64,000 bases of DNA from an uncultured Gemmatimonadales bacterium. GTDB lineage: Bacteria > Gemmatimonadota > Gemmatimonadetes > Gemmatimonadales > GWC2-71-9. A model generated the notes under the pieces. That model searched no databases, had not been told where the DNA came from, and saw nothing but the letters and a program-made list of their open reading frames with translations. The DNA lies in assembly GCA_963739455.1 (NCBI GenBank), contig CAVUAK010000001.1, positions 2,464,001 through 2,528,000 of the forward strand. Direction: 5' to 3'. Shown one piece after another: positions 32,536-42,550 of this stretch; position 1 is the stretch's first letter; the number at the start of each line of letters is the position of its first letter. The translations under genes and the position numbers were made by a program.

Positions 32536-33369
32536 ATGCGGCCGCGCTGCGGCACTCACACAATTGCGGGTCGTACCGGTCTTGGCGTGCTGCTCGGCAC
32601 GCTGCTGCTCCTGGTGGGCGCAACGCCTGCCAACGCGCAAACCATCCTCCTCGTATTGCTCTTCGGCGACAAGGTAGCGAGCGAGAACCTCTTCTTCGCC
32701 ATGAAGGTCGGCACCAACACCAGCACGCTGACCGGGATCAACGGCGCCTCGAGCATCTGGGCGTTCAACTACGGCATCCAGCTCAACATCCGGCTCGCAC
32801 AGTCGGGGAAATGGTGGCTGATCCCCGAGTTTGCGCCGCTGTCGCCCAAGGGGGCTGAAGGCCCTGGGGCGGTTCCCGCCTACGTCCAGGGCAACCCCGA
32901 GCTGGATGACCTGCTCAGCCGCACCACCAGCACCAGGACGCGCTTCCAGTTCCTCGACTTTCCCGTGGTGTTGTCCTACCGCCCGGCGGCGCAGTGGCGC
33001 ATCGGGGCCGGACCGTACCTGGCCTACCGCACGCGGGCGCACAGCGACTTCACCACCACCGCACCGCCGGTATCATCCGACATCGTCATCGACGTGAATT
33101 CGTCCCCCTACTATCAGCGGTGGGACCTGGGCGCCGTCGTGGAAGTGGGATTTTCTCCGTTCGGACCGTTGGTCCGGAACCGGCCCACGATCACCCTGCG
33201 CTACCAGTTTGGGTTTGTTGACCTGCTCAGGAACAACCCGGGGAACGCCATCATGAACCGGACGCTGCAGATCTCTGCTTCGTTCCCGTACACGGAACGC
33301 CCCGACAAGGACAAGGACACGGGTAAGGGCGAGGCTACCGACAGCACGGGCACGGCGACGGCGCCTTAG
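32536..33369 (+). CDS. Outer-membrane beta-barrel (PorT-like) protein
   Basis: Signal peptide; LSPKGA, FLDFPVVLSY, IGAGPY, LRYQFG strand motifs. Confidence 0.7.
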   Translation: MRPRCGTHTIAGRTGLGVLLGTLLLLVGATPANAQTILLVLLFGDKVASENLFFAMKVGTNTSTLTGINGASSIWAFNYGIQLNIRLAQSGKWWLIPEFAPLSPKGAEGPGAVPAYVQGNPELDDLLSRTTSTRTRFQFLDFPVVLSYRPAAQWRIGAGPYLAYRTRAHSDFTTTAPPVSSDIVIDVNSSPYYQRWDLGAVVEVGFSPFGPLVRNRPTITLRYQFGFVDLLRNNPGNAIMNRTLQISASFPYTERPDKDKDTGKGEATDSTGTATAP

Positions 33370-33445
33370 GACGCGCTAAGGGGGCATGCATTATGGATGC
33401 ACGCCCCCTCCTCCTCACGCCGTTGCAGTTCCCTGTTCCCTGCGG

Positions 33446-34267
33446 TTAGTGTCTCGGCCCCCGATGCCCGCCGGGCTCACCCGGTCCCCGCCGAAGGTAG
33501 CAGCCGGACTCGAGCTGCTCCGCCGTCAGCAGTGCACTGATCTGGCCTTGCAGCACCACCCGGGCCGCCCGCAACCTCTCCAGCGCTGGACGCACGCTCT
33601 CCCGGATCGTCCGGATACTGTCTTCCGTTGCCCCGGATGCACGCGCCTCCCGCTCCGCTTCGTGCGCTGCCTTCATCGCAGCAAGGTCCGCGGCATTCGC
33701 TGCCTCGAACGCCTGCACCAGCGAATCGATGCTCGCCTTCTGCTCCGCGGTGAGCGGCGCCACCGTGGAGTCGCATTCGCCGCAGGTGCGCGCCGACAGG
33801 TACGCCTTCTGTGCGTCCGTCAGCACCGCCTTGATGCTCGTTACCAGCGCCTGCTCCGCCGCCCGCAGCCGGTCGCGGATCGCTTCGCCCGACTCCAGGA
33901 TCGCATGAACCGAGTCCCGTGATGCCCCCGCTGCTCGCGCAGCCTCGGCGGCGGTCCGGATCGCGGCGAGTGAGTCCAGGTCGGCCTTGTTGGCGGAGGT
34001 GAAGGCGTCCACTAGCGCCGTGATGCTGGCCTGTTGCTCGGCGGTGAGTGCAAGGCTGTCGGGCAGCTCGTTGAGCCTCCACCCGAGGTGACCGAACCCG
34101 CCAATCCCGTCGGCCCCCACGCCACCCAGCCAGGCGCCGGCGCCGAAGGTGCCGATCACGGCGGCGTCGGCGTCGCTGGTAAGTGGGGCAGGGGACGACG
34201 TGGTGGAATCGTTTGAGCAGGCCGTCAGGGCGGCAGCAGCAGCGGCCGCCAGGAGCAATGTGCGCAT
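33446..34267 (-). CDS. Spy/CpxP-like lipoprotein (LTxxQ repeats)
   Basis: Lipobox LTAC; four LT(A/D)(E/A)Q motifs in a duplicated helical domain. Confidence 0.8.
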   Translation of the reverse strand: MRTLLLAAAAAAALTACSNDSTTSSPAPLTSDADAAVIGTFGAGAWLGGVGADGIGGFGHLGWRLNELPDSLALTAEQQASITALVDAFTSANKADLDSLAAIRTAAEAARAAGASRDSVHAILESGEAIRDRLRAAEQALVTSIKAVLTDAQKAYLSARTCGECDSTVAPLTAEQKASIDSLVQAFEAANAADLAAMKAAHEAEREARASGATEDSIRTIRESVRPALERLRAARVVLQGQISALLTAEQLESGCYLRRGPGEPGGHRGPRH

Positions 34268-34310
34268 CGGGATGGTGCCTCCGGACGTAGAAAGGTGCGT
34301 TCCTGCCCTA

Positions 34311-34337
34311 TCTACGCCCGGGGCGCCAAATCGTTGG
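34311..34337 (-). promoter_or_regulatory. Candidate ECF-sigma promoter
   Basis: Minus strand CCAAC-N16-CGTAGA upstream of the Spy-like gene (AAC...CGT pattern). Confidence 0.4.
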
Positions 34338-34340
34338 GCT

Positions 34341-34370
34341 CCTGTTCCCTGTTCCTTGTTACCTGTTCCC
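34341..34370. repeat. Heptamer array (CCTGTTC)n
   Basis: cctgttccctgttccttgttacctgttccc. Confidence 0.75.
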
Positions 34371-35360
34371 GCTGTCCTGGTCCCCTCCCGTCTCATCCCT
34401 CACACTCGCATGCCCGCCCGACGTCAGCACGTAACCGTGGATCACGCCGTCCGCGTCGAAGTAGCTCCCCACGATGTCTCGCTGCAGGTTGATCCCGATC
34501 GCCGTGCTGGCCGTCGCACCCGGATAGTCGATGTTCGTCAGTCGGCCGTGGCTCAGCAGGAACCCGTGCGTCGGCGACCCCGGCGCGATGCCGCAATCTT
34601 CTGGGTCATCACAGGAGACACCGACGATGTCCCCTCCCAGGTTGATGCCACCGTTGTCGGATGCCACCGGCTTCCCGTTGGGCAGCGGCACAGCCTTGTA
34701 CCGCCCGCGTGCCCACACGAACACCTGCTCCGTCCCGTCGCTCGTGGTGTAGCTGCCGACCACCTCGCCCAGCGCGTTGACCTTCCACGCATTCGTGGCG
34801 ACGGCGCCCGGGAACGAGAGCGTCGTGAACGTGCCCTGGTGGTACAGGAACCCCTGGAAGTTGTCGCACTCATCGGTGCAGTAGCGGCCGACGATGTCGC
34901 CCCACGCGTTGATCCCCAGCGCATTGGTGAACACCGATCCCGGCGGGTCGACGGTGGTGAACTGGCCGTTGTTCCGCATGTAGCCGTGCCGCGTGCCCGG
35001 GTCATCCGGGGTCGAGTACATCCCCACGATGTCGCCCTTGAGGTTGATCCCCGCCGCCACGGTGAAGGAGGCACCGGGAAAATCGATGGTGCTGAGCCCA
35101 CCCGCCTTCGAGCGCGTGAAGCCATGCGTCCCGTCGTCCGCCCGGTAGCGCCCCACGATCACGCCCAGGATGTTGATGTCGAGCGCAAGCGTGCCGCCGG
35201 TGGCGCCCGGCATGCTGATCGACGTGAACGTGCCTGTGCCTCGACTCTCGGCGACGGCAGCGTCGCTCGGCGCGGTCGGCGTCGTCGACGGGACGTCCGA
35301 GCATCCGAGCAGGGCGCCCGCCACTCCCGCCGCGAGTAGTGCCATCGAGAACCTTTTCAT
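34359..35360 (-). CDS. Lipoprotein with HAF-like extracellular beta-repeats
   Basis: Lipobox LLGC; repeated PGA-x2-T-x-A-x-x-IN-x2-G-x-IVG-x-Y...HG(F/Y) units. Confidence 0.8.
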   Translation of the reverse strand: MKRFSMALLAAGVAGALLGCSDVPSTTPTAPSDAAVAESRGTGTFTSISMPGATGGTLALDINILGVIVGRYRADDGTHGFTRSKAGGLSTIDFPGASFTVAAGINLKGDIVGMYSTPDDPGTRHGYMRNNGQFTTVDPPGSVFTNALGINAWGDIVGRYCTDECDNFQGFLYHQGTFTTLSFPGAVATNAWKVNALGEVVGSYTTSDGTEQVFVWARGRYKAVPLPNGKPVASDNGGINLGGDIVGVSCDDPEDCGIAPGSPTHGFLLSHGRLTNIDYPGATASTAIGINLQRDIVGSYFDADGVIHGYVLTSGGHASVRDETGGDQDSGNR

Positions 35361-35505
35361 GGAGCCTCCCCGTATTTGCTCTTTTATCGGCGCTGGGCAT
35401 ATTGACCTGACCCGTGGTCACGGATCGACCCACTTGATAGCACGACAGAACGGGCCCGAACCCGACATCGCCTCCGCCTCACCCGGTGAGGGCGGGGGCT
35501 TGGTC

Positions 35506-36027
35506 GTGTCCAGCTCCGGCACCATGGTGCTCGATCAATTGCTCCCGGGGGTGTACCGCGAGCTCTGTCTCATCGCGCACCGGCACCTCGCGCGCGGCGC
35601 GCCCAGCGCAACGCTCGGCACGACGGAACTCGTGCACGAGGCGTATCTCAGGCTCGTCGATCAGTCCACCGCGCGATGGCACGATCGTGCCCACTTCTTT
35701 GCGCTCGCGTCGGTTGCCATGCGTCACATCCTGGTGGACCGCGCCCGTGCCCGCTCCGCCATGAAGCGTGGGGGGACACGCCGGAGCATCACCCTCGATG
35801 AAGACGTCATTGCGGCCGCCGATCAGGCCGATTCGCTGCTGGAGATCAACGAGGCGCTCGACGGACTGGCCCTCACCGATGCGCGTCTTGCCCGCGTGGT
35901 GGAATGCCGGTTCTTCGGCGGCATGTCTGAGGAGGAGATTGCGGTGGCCCTCGGCGTGACGGTGCGCACCGTCCAGCGCGACTGGGCCAAGGCGCGGATG
36001 CTCCTGCGCCGAATGCTGGGTAGTTGA
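35506..36027 (+). CDS. ECF sigma factor of the kinase-associated type (TIGR02999-like)
   Basis: TLGTTELVHEAYLRL, HFFALASVAMRHILVDRAR, KRGG, VECRFFGG, TVQRDWAKAR. Confidence 0.9.
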   Translation: MSSSGTMVLDQLLPGVYRELCLIAHRHLARGAPSATLGTTELVHEAYLRLVDQSTARWHDRAHFFALASVAMRHILVDRARARSAMKRGGTRRSITLDEDVIAAADQADSLLEINEALDGLALTDARLARVVECRFFGGMSEEEIAVALGVTVRTVQRDWAKARMLLRRMLGS

Positions 36028-36049
36028 CGCGCGACAGCGGACGCCTCCC

Positions 36050-38155
36050 GTGTCCTCGTCCTTCTCCCCCGAGCGATGGCGGCTGATCGAGCCCCTGATC
36101 GACGCCGCGACTGACCTCCCTCCCGCTGAGCGGCCCGCCTTCCTCGACACGGCCTGCCGCGGTGACACCAGGCTCCGCGCGGAACTGGAGCAGCTCCTCC
36201 TCGACTACGATCGCTCCGACACCCTCCTCGATCATCCCGCGGCGGAACGCTTTGCAACGCTGCTGGTGGCACCGGCGCCGCCACTGCCCGAGCTGGTGAA
36301 CGGCAACTTCCAGGTCGAGCGCAAGGTGGGGCAGGGCGGCATGGCGACCGTTTACCTCGCGCGCGATACCCGGCACGACCGCAACGTGGCCTTGAAGGTC
36401 ATGCATCCCGAGCTGGCGGCTGCCTTCCGCGGCGAGCAGTTCCTCGCCGAGATCAGGACCATGGCACAGCTGCATCATCCGCACATCCTGCCGCTCTTCG
36501 ATTCGGGCGAGGTGGACGGCCAGCTCTATTTCGTCATGCCGTTTGTCGAGGGGGAGACACTGCGGCAGCGGATCACGCGTGAGTCGCAGTTGGGACTCGG
36601 GGAGACGGTGCGCATTGCGCGCGAGGTCGCCAGTGCACTCGACCATGCCCACCGCCATGGCGTCGTGCACCGCGACATCAAGCCGGACAACATCCTGCTC
36701 GGCGAGGGTGGCGCCCAGGTGGCGGACTTCGGCATTGCGCTGGCCATCAGTGCGGCGTCGTCACGGAGCACCGAGGAACCCCGGCTGATCGCCGGCACCC
36801 CGCGCTACATGAGCCCGGAGCAGCTGTCGGGCAGCACGACCGTCGACAGCCGGGCCGACATCTATTCGCTCGGCATTCTCTGCTACGAAATGCTCGCGGG
36901 ACGCCCGCCCGTTCCTGCATCGGCGCCGCCTTCATTGCACCAGCAGCGGAGCGCCGTCCCCGCCGCCGCAGATGCAGTAGTCGCCCGGTCGCTGGCCACC
37001 CTGCCCGATGATCGCTACGCCACCGCCGGCGAGCTGGTCGACGCGCTGGACGCGGCGCTCAGCCGCCACGGCAGCCGCAGGACCAGGTGGGCAGGGGCGG
37101 CGCTCGTGGTCGGCGTACTCGCGCTGGCCGCAGTCGTGGGCGCGGGTCGGTTGCGGGGTCCGCGGACTCCCACATTGGCGGCAATTCTCCCCAGTCCCCA
37201 CCAGACGGAGAATGTGGCGGCGTACGACCTCTACCAGCGGGGACGCGACCAGGCCTGGTCCCGGAGCGATGGTGGTGCCCGGCGGGCGATCGAGTACTTC
37301 CAGCAGGCCATTCTCGCGGACTCGACCTACGCCGCGGCGTACGCCGAGCTCGCGCACATGTATGCCGTGGCGGTGCTGGGGAACAGTTCACCCGATCTCA
37401 CGCGCGCGCAGGCGGCGGCACGAGCCCAGGCAACCGCGCTCAAGGCCGTGGCGCTGGATGACAGTCTCGCGGACGCGCATGCCGAGCTCGGGTTCGTGAA
37501 CATGTTCGCCGCGTATGACCTGCGGTCAGTGGAGGACGAGTTGAAGCGCGCGGCAGCGCTCGATCCCGGGAGTGCCCGGCCGGAGCGCTATCTCGCAAAC
37601 TTCTACGAATGGACCGAGCGCCCGGTCGAGGCGCTGCAGGCCGCCCGTCGGGCGCGCGACCTGGACCCGCTCTCGGTGGAGGAGACCGCGGGCCTCGCCA
37701 TCGCGCTCTCCGATGCCCGACACGACGAGGAAGCGCTCGCCCAGTTGGCCAGCCTTCGTCAGGTGGTGCCCCCGGTCCGTCGCGTCTCCCAGCTGACGGG
37801 GCACGTCTATGTCATGATGGAAAGGTGGAACGAGGCACTCGACCAGTATCGTGACTGCTGTGGCGAGCAGAGCGGCTTCTTCGGTCGCACCCTGGCGCTG
37901 GCACGTCGCAGGGCGGAGGCACGGCAGGTCCTCGACAGTCTCCTCGCGCTCTCGGCGCGCGGTGACGGCGATGCCTTCGATGTCGCCATGGTATACGAGG
38001 GCCTCGGTGACTACGACCAGGCCTTTGAGTGGCTTGATCGCTCCTTCGATGACCACTCGGCGGGGCTCTACATCATGTCGCCAACCTTTGCGCGCCTTCG
38101 CGCCGATCCCCGGTTCGAGCGGGTCCGCGACCGCCTCAACGCCAAGGCACGCTGA
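36050..38155 (+). CDS. Membrane Ser/Thr protein kinase with C-terminal TPR region
   Basis: GQGGMATVY, VALK, HRDIKPDN, DFGIA, GTPRYMSPEQ, a TM helix, TPRs and LRADPRF. Confidence 0.93.
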   Translation: MSSSFSPERWRLIEPLIDAATDLPPAERPAFLDTACRGDTRLRAELEQLLLDYDRSDTLLDHPAAERFATLLVAPAPPLPELVNGNFQVERKVGQGGMATVYLARDTRHDRNVALKVMHPELAAAFRGEQFLAEIRTMAQLHHPHILPLFDSGEVDGQLYFVMPFVEGETLRQRITRESQLGLGETVRIAREVASALDHAHRHGVVHRDIKPDNILLGEGGAQVADFGIALAISAASSRSTEEPRLIAGTPRYMSPEQLSGSTTVDSRADIYSLGILCYEMLAGRPPVPASAPPSLHQQRSAVPAAADAVVARSLATLPDDRYATAGELVDALDAALSRHGSRRTRWAGAALVVGVLALAAVVGAGRLRGPRTPTLAAILPSPHQTENVAAYDLYQRGRDQAWSRSDGGARRAIEYFQQAILADSTYAAAYAELAHMYAVAVLGNSSPDLTRAQAAARAQATALKAVALDDSLADAHAELGFVNMFAAYDLRSVEDELKRAAALDPGSARPERYLANFYEWTERPVEALQAARRARDLDPLSVEETAGLAIALSDARHDEEALAQLASLRQVVPPVRRVSQLTGHVYVMMERWNEALDQYRDCCGEQSGFFGRTLALARRRAEARQVLDSLLALSARGDGDAFDVAMVYEGLGDYDQAFEWLDRSFDDHSAGLYIMSPTFARLRADPRFERVRDRLNAKAR

Positions 38156-38172
38156 TTGCCCTTTCAAGGGGC

Positions 38173-38520
38173 ATGAGCACTGTCCGGTATCGCGGATTCG
38201 ACATCATGTCACGGCCCTACGAGCTCGCGGAAACCGGCGAGTGGACCGTGGACCTCATTATTCGCCGAAATGAGCGTTTCAGGACGTTCAGTGTCAACGA
38301 ACGCTACGCCACGGTCGAGGAAGCGGATGCCCAGTGTGTGGGCCTCGGGCGGCGTATCATCGACAACCGGGTGAAGGGATGGTCCGTCGATGCGTTGCGC
38401 CAGGGCAACAGTCTCTGGAGCACCCTGACGCGCCTCCTGATCCACGAATCCCTGGGGCCCCTCATCGTTGTCCTCGCTGCCATCTTCGGGCTCGGCCGCG
38501 CCATCCTCCGCGTGCAGTAG
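38173..38520 (+). CDS. Hypothetical protein with C-terminal TM helix
   Basis: AAGGGG RBS, 115 aa ORF. Confidence 0.6.
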   Translation: MSTVRYRGFDIMSRPYELAETGEWTVDLIIRRNERFRTFSVNERYATVEEADAQCVGLGRRIIDNRVKGWSVDALRQGNSLWSTLTRLLIHESLGPLIVVLAAIFGLGRAILRVQ

Positions 38521-38523
38521 CCC

Positions 38524-38566
38524 ATCGCCTACCGCTTACCGCCTACCGCCTAACGCCTAACGCCTA
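38524..38566. repeat. Heptamer array (CCTACCG/CCTAACG)n
   Basis: atcgcctaccgcttaccgcctaccgcctaacgcctaacgccta between convergent genes. Confidence 0.85.
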
Positions 38567-39037
38567 TTGAACCTTCCCGATCGTCACTTGCTTCGCCAGC
38601 AGGTAGTACGTTCCCGACTCCAGCCGTAGCCGTAGCAGCACGTCGATCGGTTGCTCCGTGGGCCACTTGGGCCCGCCCCGCAGCATCAGGTCCAGTCCGT
38701 TCGTCACCTCCGGCCTCTGCTCATCACTTGGCGCCGTCGCCCACATGCCGTCCTTCGATCGCACCCAGGCCGAATCAACCGTCAGTCCCGCTGGCAGCGG
38801 GGTAGAGTTCACGCTCATCACCTGCACGCTCACCATCAACGGACTTCCCGTTCCATCGCCACCCACCTGCGGCATGTAGTCCCGCCACGCCGATGCATGA
38901 ATGCCCGCGCGCTTCCCCTCGATCGACACCACCGAATCAGCGTCGGACCAGCCCGCGTTGGCCGCACGCTTCTGTCCGCATGCGGGTTGTGCGAGGACCA
39001 GGGCGCAGAGGGCGGGGAAGAGCATCGATCTCGTCAT
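38564..39037 (-). CDS. Hypothetical exported protein/lipoprotein
   Basis: Signal peptide; AWRDYMP and RGGPKW motifs. Confidence 0.7.
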   Translation of the reverse strand: MTRSMLFPALCALVLAQPACGQKRAANAGWSDADSVVSIEGKRAGIHASAWRDYMPQVGGDGTGSPLMVSVQVMSVNSTPLPAGLTVDSAWVRSKDGMWATAPSDEQRPEVTNGLDLMLRGGPKWPTEQPIDVLLRLRLESGTYYLLAKQVTIGKVQ

Positions 39038-39043
39038 TGGTCT

Positions 39044-39403
39044 CTACTCCTTTACGATGCCGAGCGGTCGCCCGGTATTGCAGTCGAGCCTGAGCAGCTG
39101 GTGTTCGCCCACCCCATAGTGCCCGTCCGGCACCTTGTAGTCCGCCTGCCCGTTGTCGGCGCGGACCATCTTGATCGAGCTGTTGTCCCGCGGATCCCGC
39201 ATCGGCGTCAGGCACGCCCCGCCCGAAATCGTGTCGGTCGGGCTCAGTCGCCCGAAACCCTCCGGCGGCTCGAACTGCGCCGGCAGGTCGGTCCCCGCGC
39301 GCAGCGGCGCCGTGCTGGGGAAACCGGAGGAGCCGTTCGTCCCGCATCCGCAGATCAGGGTCAGTGACACCGCAAGCGCGAACCGCGATCGTGAAATGAT
39401 CAT
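39044..39403 (-). CDS. Hypothetical lipoprotein
   Basis: Signal peptide with Cys; coupled to neighbouring genes. Confidence 0.7.
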   Translation of the reverse strand: MIISRSRFALAVSLTLICGCGTNGSSGFPSTAPLRAGTDLPAQFEPPEGFGRLSPTDTISGGACLTPMRDPRDNSSIKMVRADNGQADYKVPDGHYGVGEHQLLRLDCNTGRPLGIVKE

Positions 39404-40032
39404 GCGACCCCCGCCACATGGTTGCGAATGATCTCCCGCACTTCCCCCGCATTCATCAGGAACGTGTGCCCCCGTTCCAGTCGTACCATCTCCGCCTCGG
39501 CGCCGGTCAACACTTCCGTCACCGCCACGATCCCGTCGTTGGGCTCCTCACCGAACGGACCCACGCCTGAAGGGAATCCCCGCGTGCCCACCACAACGGT
39601 GCAGGGCACCCTGGGCGACGGAATCGCCGCCATCCGCTCCGCGCTGCCCAGCATCTGGCCCGCGTCCCCATACAGCAACCGGTAGGGCACCCATGACCCG
39701 AATTGCTGTGCCAGCCGCGCCGCCCCCTGTGGCGATCCCACCAGCACCAGCCGCTCCGGTAACCTCACGCCGGCGCCAAGCTCATTGATCGCGAGACGCA
39801 GCAGCACTCCCCCCAGTGAGTGCCCCACCACCACATACGGCTCCTCCGATATCGCCGTCAACCGCTGCACCAGCCGGCTCACCATCCGCTCCACGCTCTC
39901 GACCGCCGACACGTACCCGAAGAACCTCGGCCGCATGCCGTCCGCCCTCAGGCCAAGTGCCAGCGAGGCCATCGAGAGCGGCGAACGGCCCATCCCGTGA
40001 ACCAGCAGCACCTGCATTGAACGTGACGCCAC
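39400..40032 (-). CDS. Alpha/beta hydrolase (lipase-like)
   Basis: LVHGMG, GHSLGG, NDGIV, H-TF catalytic elements. Confidence 0.85.
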   Translation of the reverse strand: MASRSMQVLLVHGMGRSPLSMASLALGLRADGMRPRFFGYVSAVESVERMVSRLVQRLTAISEEPYVVVGHSLGGVLLRLAINELGAGVRLPERLVLVGSPQGAARLAQQFGSWVPYRLLYGDAGQMLGSAERMAAIPSPRVPCTVVVGTRGFPSGVGPFGEEPNDGIVAVTEVLTGAEAEMVRLERGHTFLMNAGEVREIIRNHVAGVA

Positions 40033-40490
40033 TAGAGGTCCTTCCGGAAACAGCGGATCACTTCCACCTCCTCGAATCCGAGTCCCGCATGTGCCGTGGC
40101 ACTGAGCATGTTGTCCGCGAGAGCATCCGAGCCGAATTCCGTGCACCCCAGCCCGCGCGCCCATTCCTCAGCCGCTTCCACCAGCGCGCGCCCGACGCCC
40201 TGCCGACGCCGCTCCGGCACCACATACCATCCCTCGAGGAAACCCACGGGACTCGTTTCACACCCCGGGGCATAGGCCCGTCGCGACAGCTCCGCGAACC
40301 CAACGATTCCCATCTCACTATCGACCGCTACGAGCACCGCCTCTGGCAGCAGCGCCGTGCCACCCACACCTCCCGTGAAGAACCGGTGCACCTCCGCCGC
40401 GTGCGCGTCGCCATCATCCGGCCACAACGCACCCCGCAGCACAATCCAATTCTCGGCGTCACCCGGTTCAACGACTCGCACCACGATCAT
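40032..40490 (-). CDS. GNAT acetyltransferase, AAC(6')-I-like
   Basis: LRGALWP, GFAELS-R-YAPGCETSPVGFLEGWYV, GCTEFGSD, HAGLGFEE, FRK. Confidence 0.8.
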   Translation of the reverse strand: MIVVRVVEPGDAENWIVLRGALWPDDGDAHAAEVHRFFTGGVGGTALLPEAVLVAVDSEMGIVGFAELSRRAYAPGCETSPVGFLEGWYVVPERRRQGVGRALVEAAEEWARGLGCTEFGSDALADNMLSATAHAGLGFEEVEVIRCFRKDL

Positions 40491-40498
40491 CTCGCTAT

Positions 40499-40542
40499 CC
40501 TCACGCCTAACGCCTAACGCCTAACGCCTCACGCCTCACGCC
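40499..40542. repeat. Heptamer array (CCTAACG/CCTCACG)n
   Basis: cctcacgcctaacgcctaacgcctaacgcctcacgcctcacgcc. Confidence 0.9.
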
Positions 40543-40656
40543 TGCTACTTTGGTTGCATGGCTCCCCAACCCCATGGCGGACATCCTTATCGGGCCGTAG
40601 AATGCTAATTGCACACTCGTAGGCGCAAGGCACTGCCACATACCGAGGAGCGACAC

Positions 40657-42205
40657 ATGGCTGCAAGGAACAACAAGGCCTCGAAGGACACCAAGGACGC
40701 CAAGCCGAGGAAGCCGAATGTCCTGGTCATGTGGGGCGACGACATCGGCCAGTCGAACCTCAGTTGCTACACCATGGGCCTGATGGGCTACAAGACGCCC
40801 AACATCGACCGCATCGCCAAGGAAGGCATGATCTTCACCGACTCCTATGCCGAGCAGAGCTGCACCGCCGGGCGCGCGTCGTTCATCACCGGCCAGTGCG
40901 GCCTGCGCACCGGCCTCACCAAGGTCGGTCTTCCCGGCGCGGAGCTGGGCCTCAAGGCCGAGGACATCACCATCGCCGAGGCGCTCAAGCCGCTCGGCTA
41001 TCGCACCGGCCAGTTCGGCAAGAACCATCTCGGCGACCGCGACGAGCATCTGCCGACGATGCACGGCTTCGACGAGTTCTTCGGCAACCTGTATCACCTG
41101 AACGCCGAGGAAGAGCCCGAGGAAGTCGACTATCCGAACGCGAAGGACTTCCCCGAGTTCAAGAAGAAGTACGGGCCGCGCGGCGTGCTGCACTGCTGGG
41201 CCGACGGCAAGGGCGGCCAGAAGATCGAGAACACCGGCCCGCTGACCAAGAAGCGGATGGAGACCGTGCGACGACGAGTTCCTCGCGGCGGCCAAGAAGT
41301 TCATCAAGGCCGCCCACGACGCCGGCGAGCCGTTCTTCGTCTGGTTCAACACCTCGCACATGCACGCCTGGACGCATGTGAAGCCGGAGAGCCGCGGCCA
41401 GTCCGGCCGCTGGCAGTCCGAGTACCACGACGTGATGATCGATCACGACAAGTGCATCGGCGAGATGCTCGACTTCCTGGACAAGCTCGGCATCGCCGAC
41501 AACACCTTCGTGCAGTACAGCACCGACAACGGGCCGCACATGAACACCTGGCCGGATGCCGGCACGACCCCGTTCCGCAACGAGAAGAACACGAGCTGGG
41601 AGGGCGCCTATCGCGTGCCCGTGCATGGTGCGCTTCCCCGGCAAGATCCGGCCGGCTCGGTATCGAACGAGATCATCAGCCACCAGGACTGGTTCCCCAC
41701 CATCCTGGCGGTCGCCGGCGATCCCGACATCGCGGAGAAGCTGAAGAAGGGCCACAAGATCGGCAAGACGACCTACAAGGTGCATCTCGACGGCTACAAC
41801 CTGCTTCCGCACCTCACCGGCAAGGAAGCCGAAGAGCCCGCGCAAGGGCTTCATCTACTTCACCGACGATGGCGACGTGGCGGCGCTGCGCTACGACAAC
41901 TGGAAGATGATGTTCATGGAGCAGCGTGTCGCCGGGCACGCTCAAGATCTGGCTGGAACCGTTCGTGCCGCTGCGCGCGCCGCTACATCTTCAATCTGCG
42001 GATGGACCCGTACGAGCACGCGCAGATCACGTCGAACACCTACTACGACTGGATGTTCCGGCACATCTACCTGCTGGTGCCGGCGCAGGCCATCGTCGCG
42101 GAGTTCCTGGCGACCTTCAAGGAGTTCCCGCCGCGGCAGAAGGCGGCGAGCTTCAGCCTCGACCAGGTGATCGAGAAGATGACCGCCGGCGCCACCGGCG
42201 GCTGA
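40657..42205 (+). CDS. Arylsulfatase (several frameshifts)
   Basis: [56 protein letters not shown]. Confidence 0.9.
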
Positions 42206-42213
42206 GCAGGGAA

Positions 42214-42245
42214 GGGCACGGGGCGCACCACGCGCCCCGTCGCCC
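42214..42245 (+). terminator. GC-rich stem-loop after the sulfatase
   Basis: ACGGGGCGC-ACCAC-GCGCCCCGT extended by GGGC/GCCC; no U tract. Confidence 0.5.
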
Positions 42246-42276
42246 ATGCTGGCTTTCGGGCCGGGGCGGGTGGGGC

Positions 42277-42317
42277 CTTCAAGCCATCAAGTCTTCAAGT
42301 CCTCACGCCCTCAAGTC
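42277..42317. repeat. Degenerate heptamer array (TCAAGYC)n
   Basis: cttcaagccatcaagtcttcaagtcctcacgccctcaagtc, immediately upstream of tRNA-Sec. Confidence 0.7.
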
Positions 42318-42323
42318 GGAAAG

Positions 42324-42421
42324 GGGAACGTCTCGAGGCTGGTGTCTCGGCCGATCTTCAAAATCGCGACGGACGTCGCTCCGCGAGGTCCGGTAGGTTC
42401 GATTCCTACACGCTCCCGCCA
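42324..42421 (+). tRNA. selC: tRNA-Sec (anticodon UCA)
   Basis: 8-bp acceptor GGGAACGT/ACGCTCCC with G-CCA; 6-bp D-stem CGAGGC-TGGT-GTCTCG; loop CTTCAAA; long variable arm; T-arm GTAGG-TTCGATT-CCTAC. Confidence 0.92.
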
Positions 42422-42550
42422 GCCCCGCCACCCCGCGCGGCTGGCCCCGGCAGGCCCCTTGCACCTTTCTTCACAAGGTCATTGGCCACCCCTATCACCC
42501 CATATCGCCAGCCTATTTGCTCCCGCCACGCCGGGTACCCATCTTCAATC

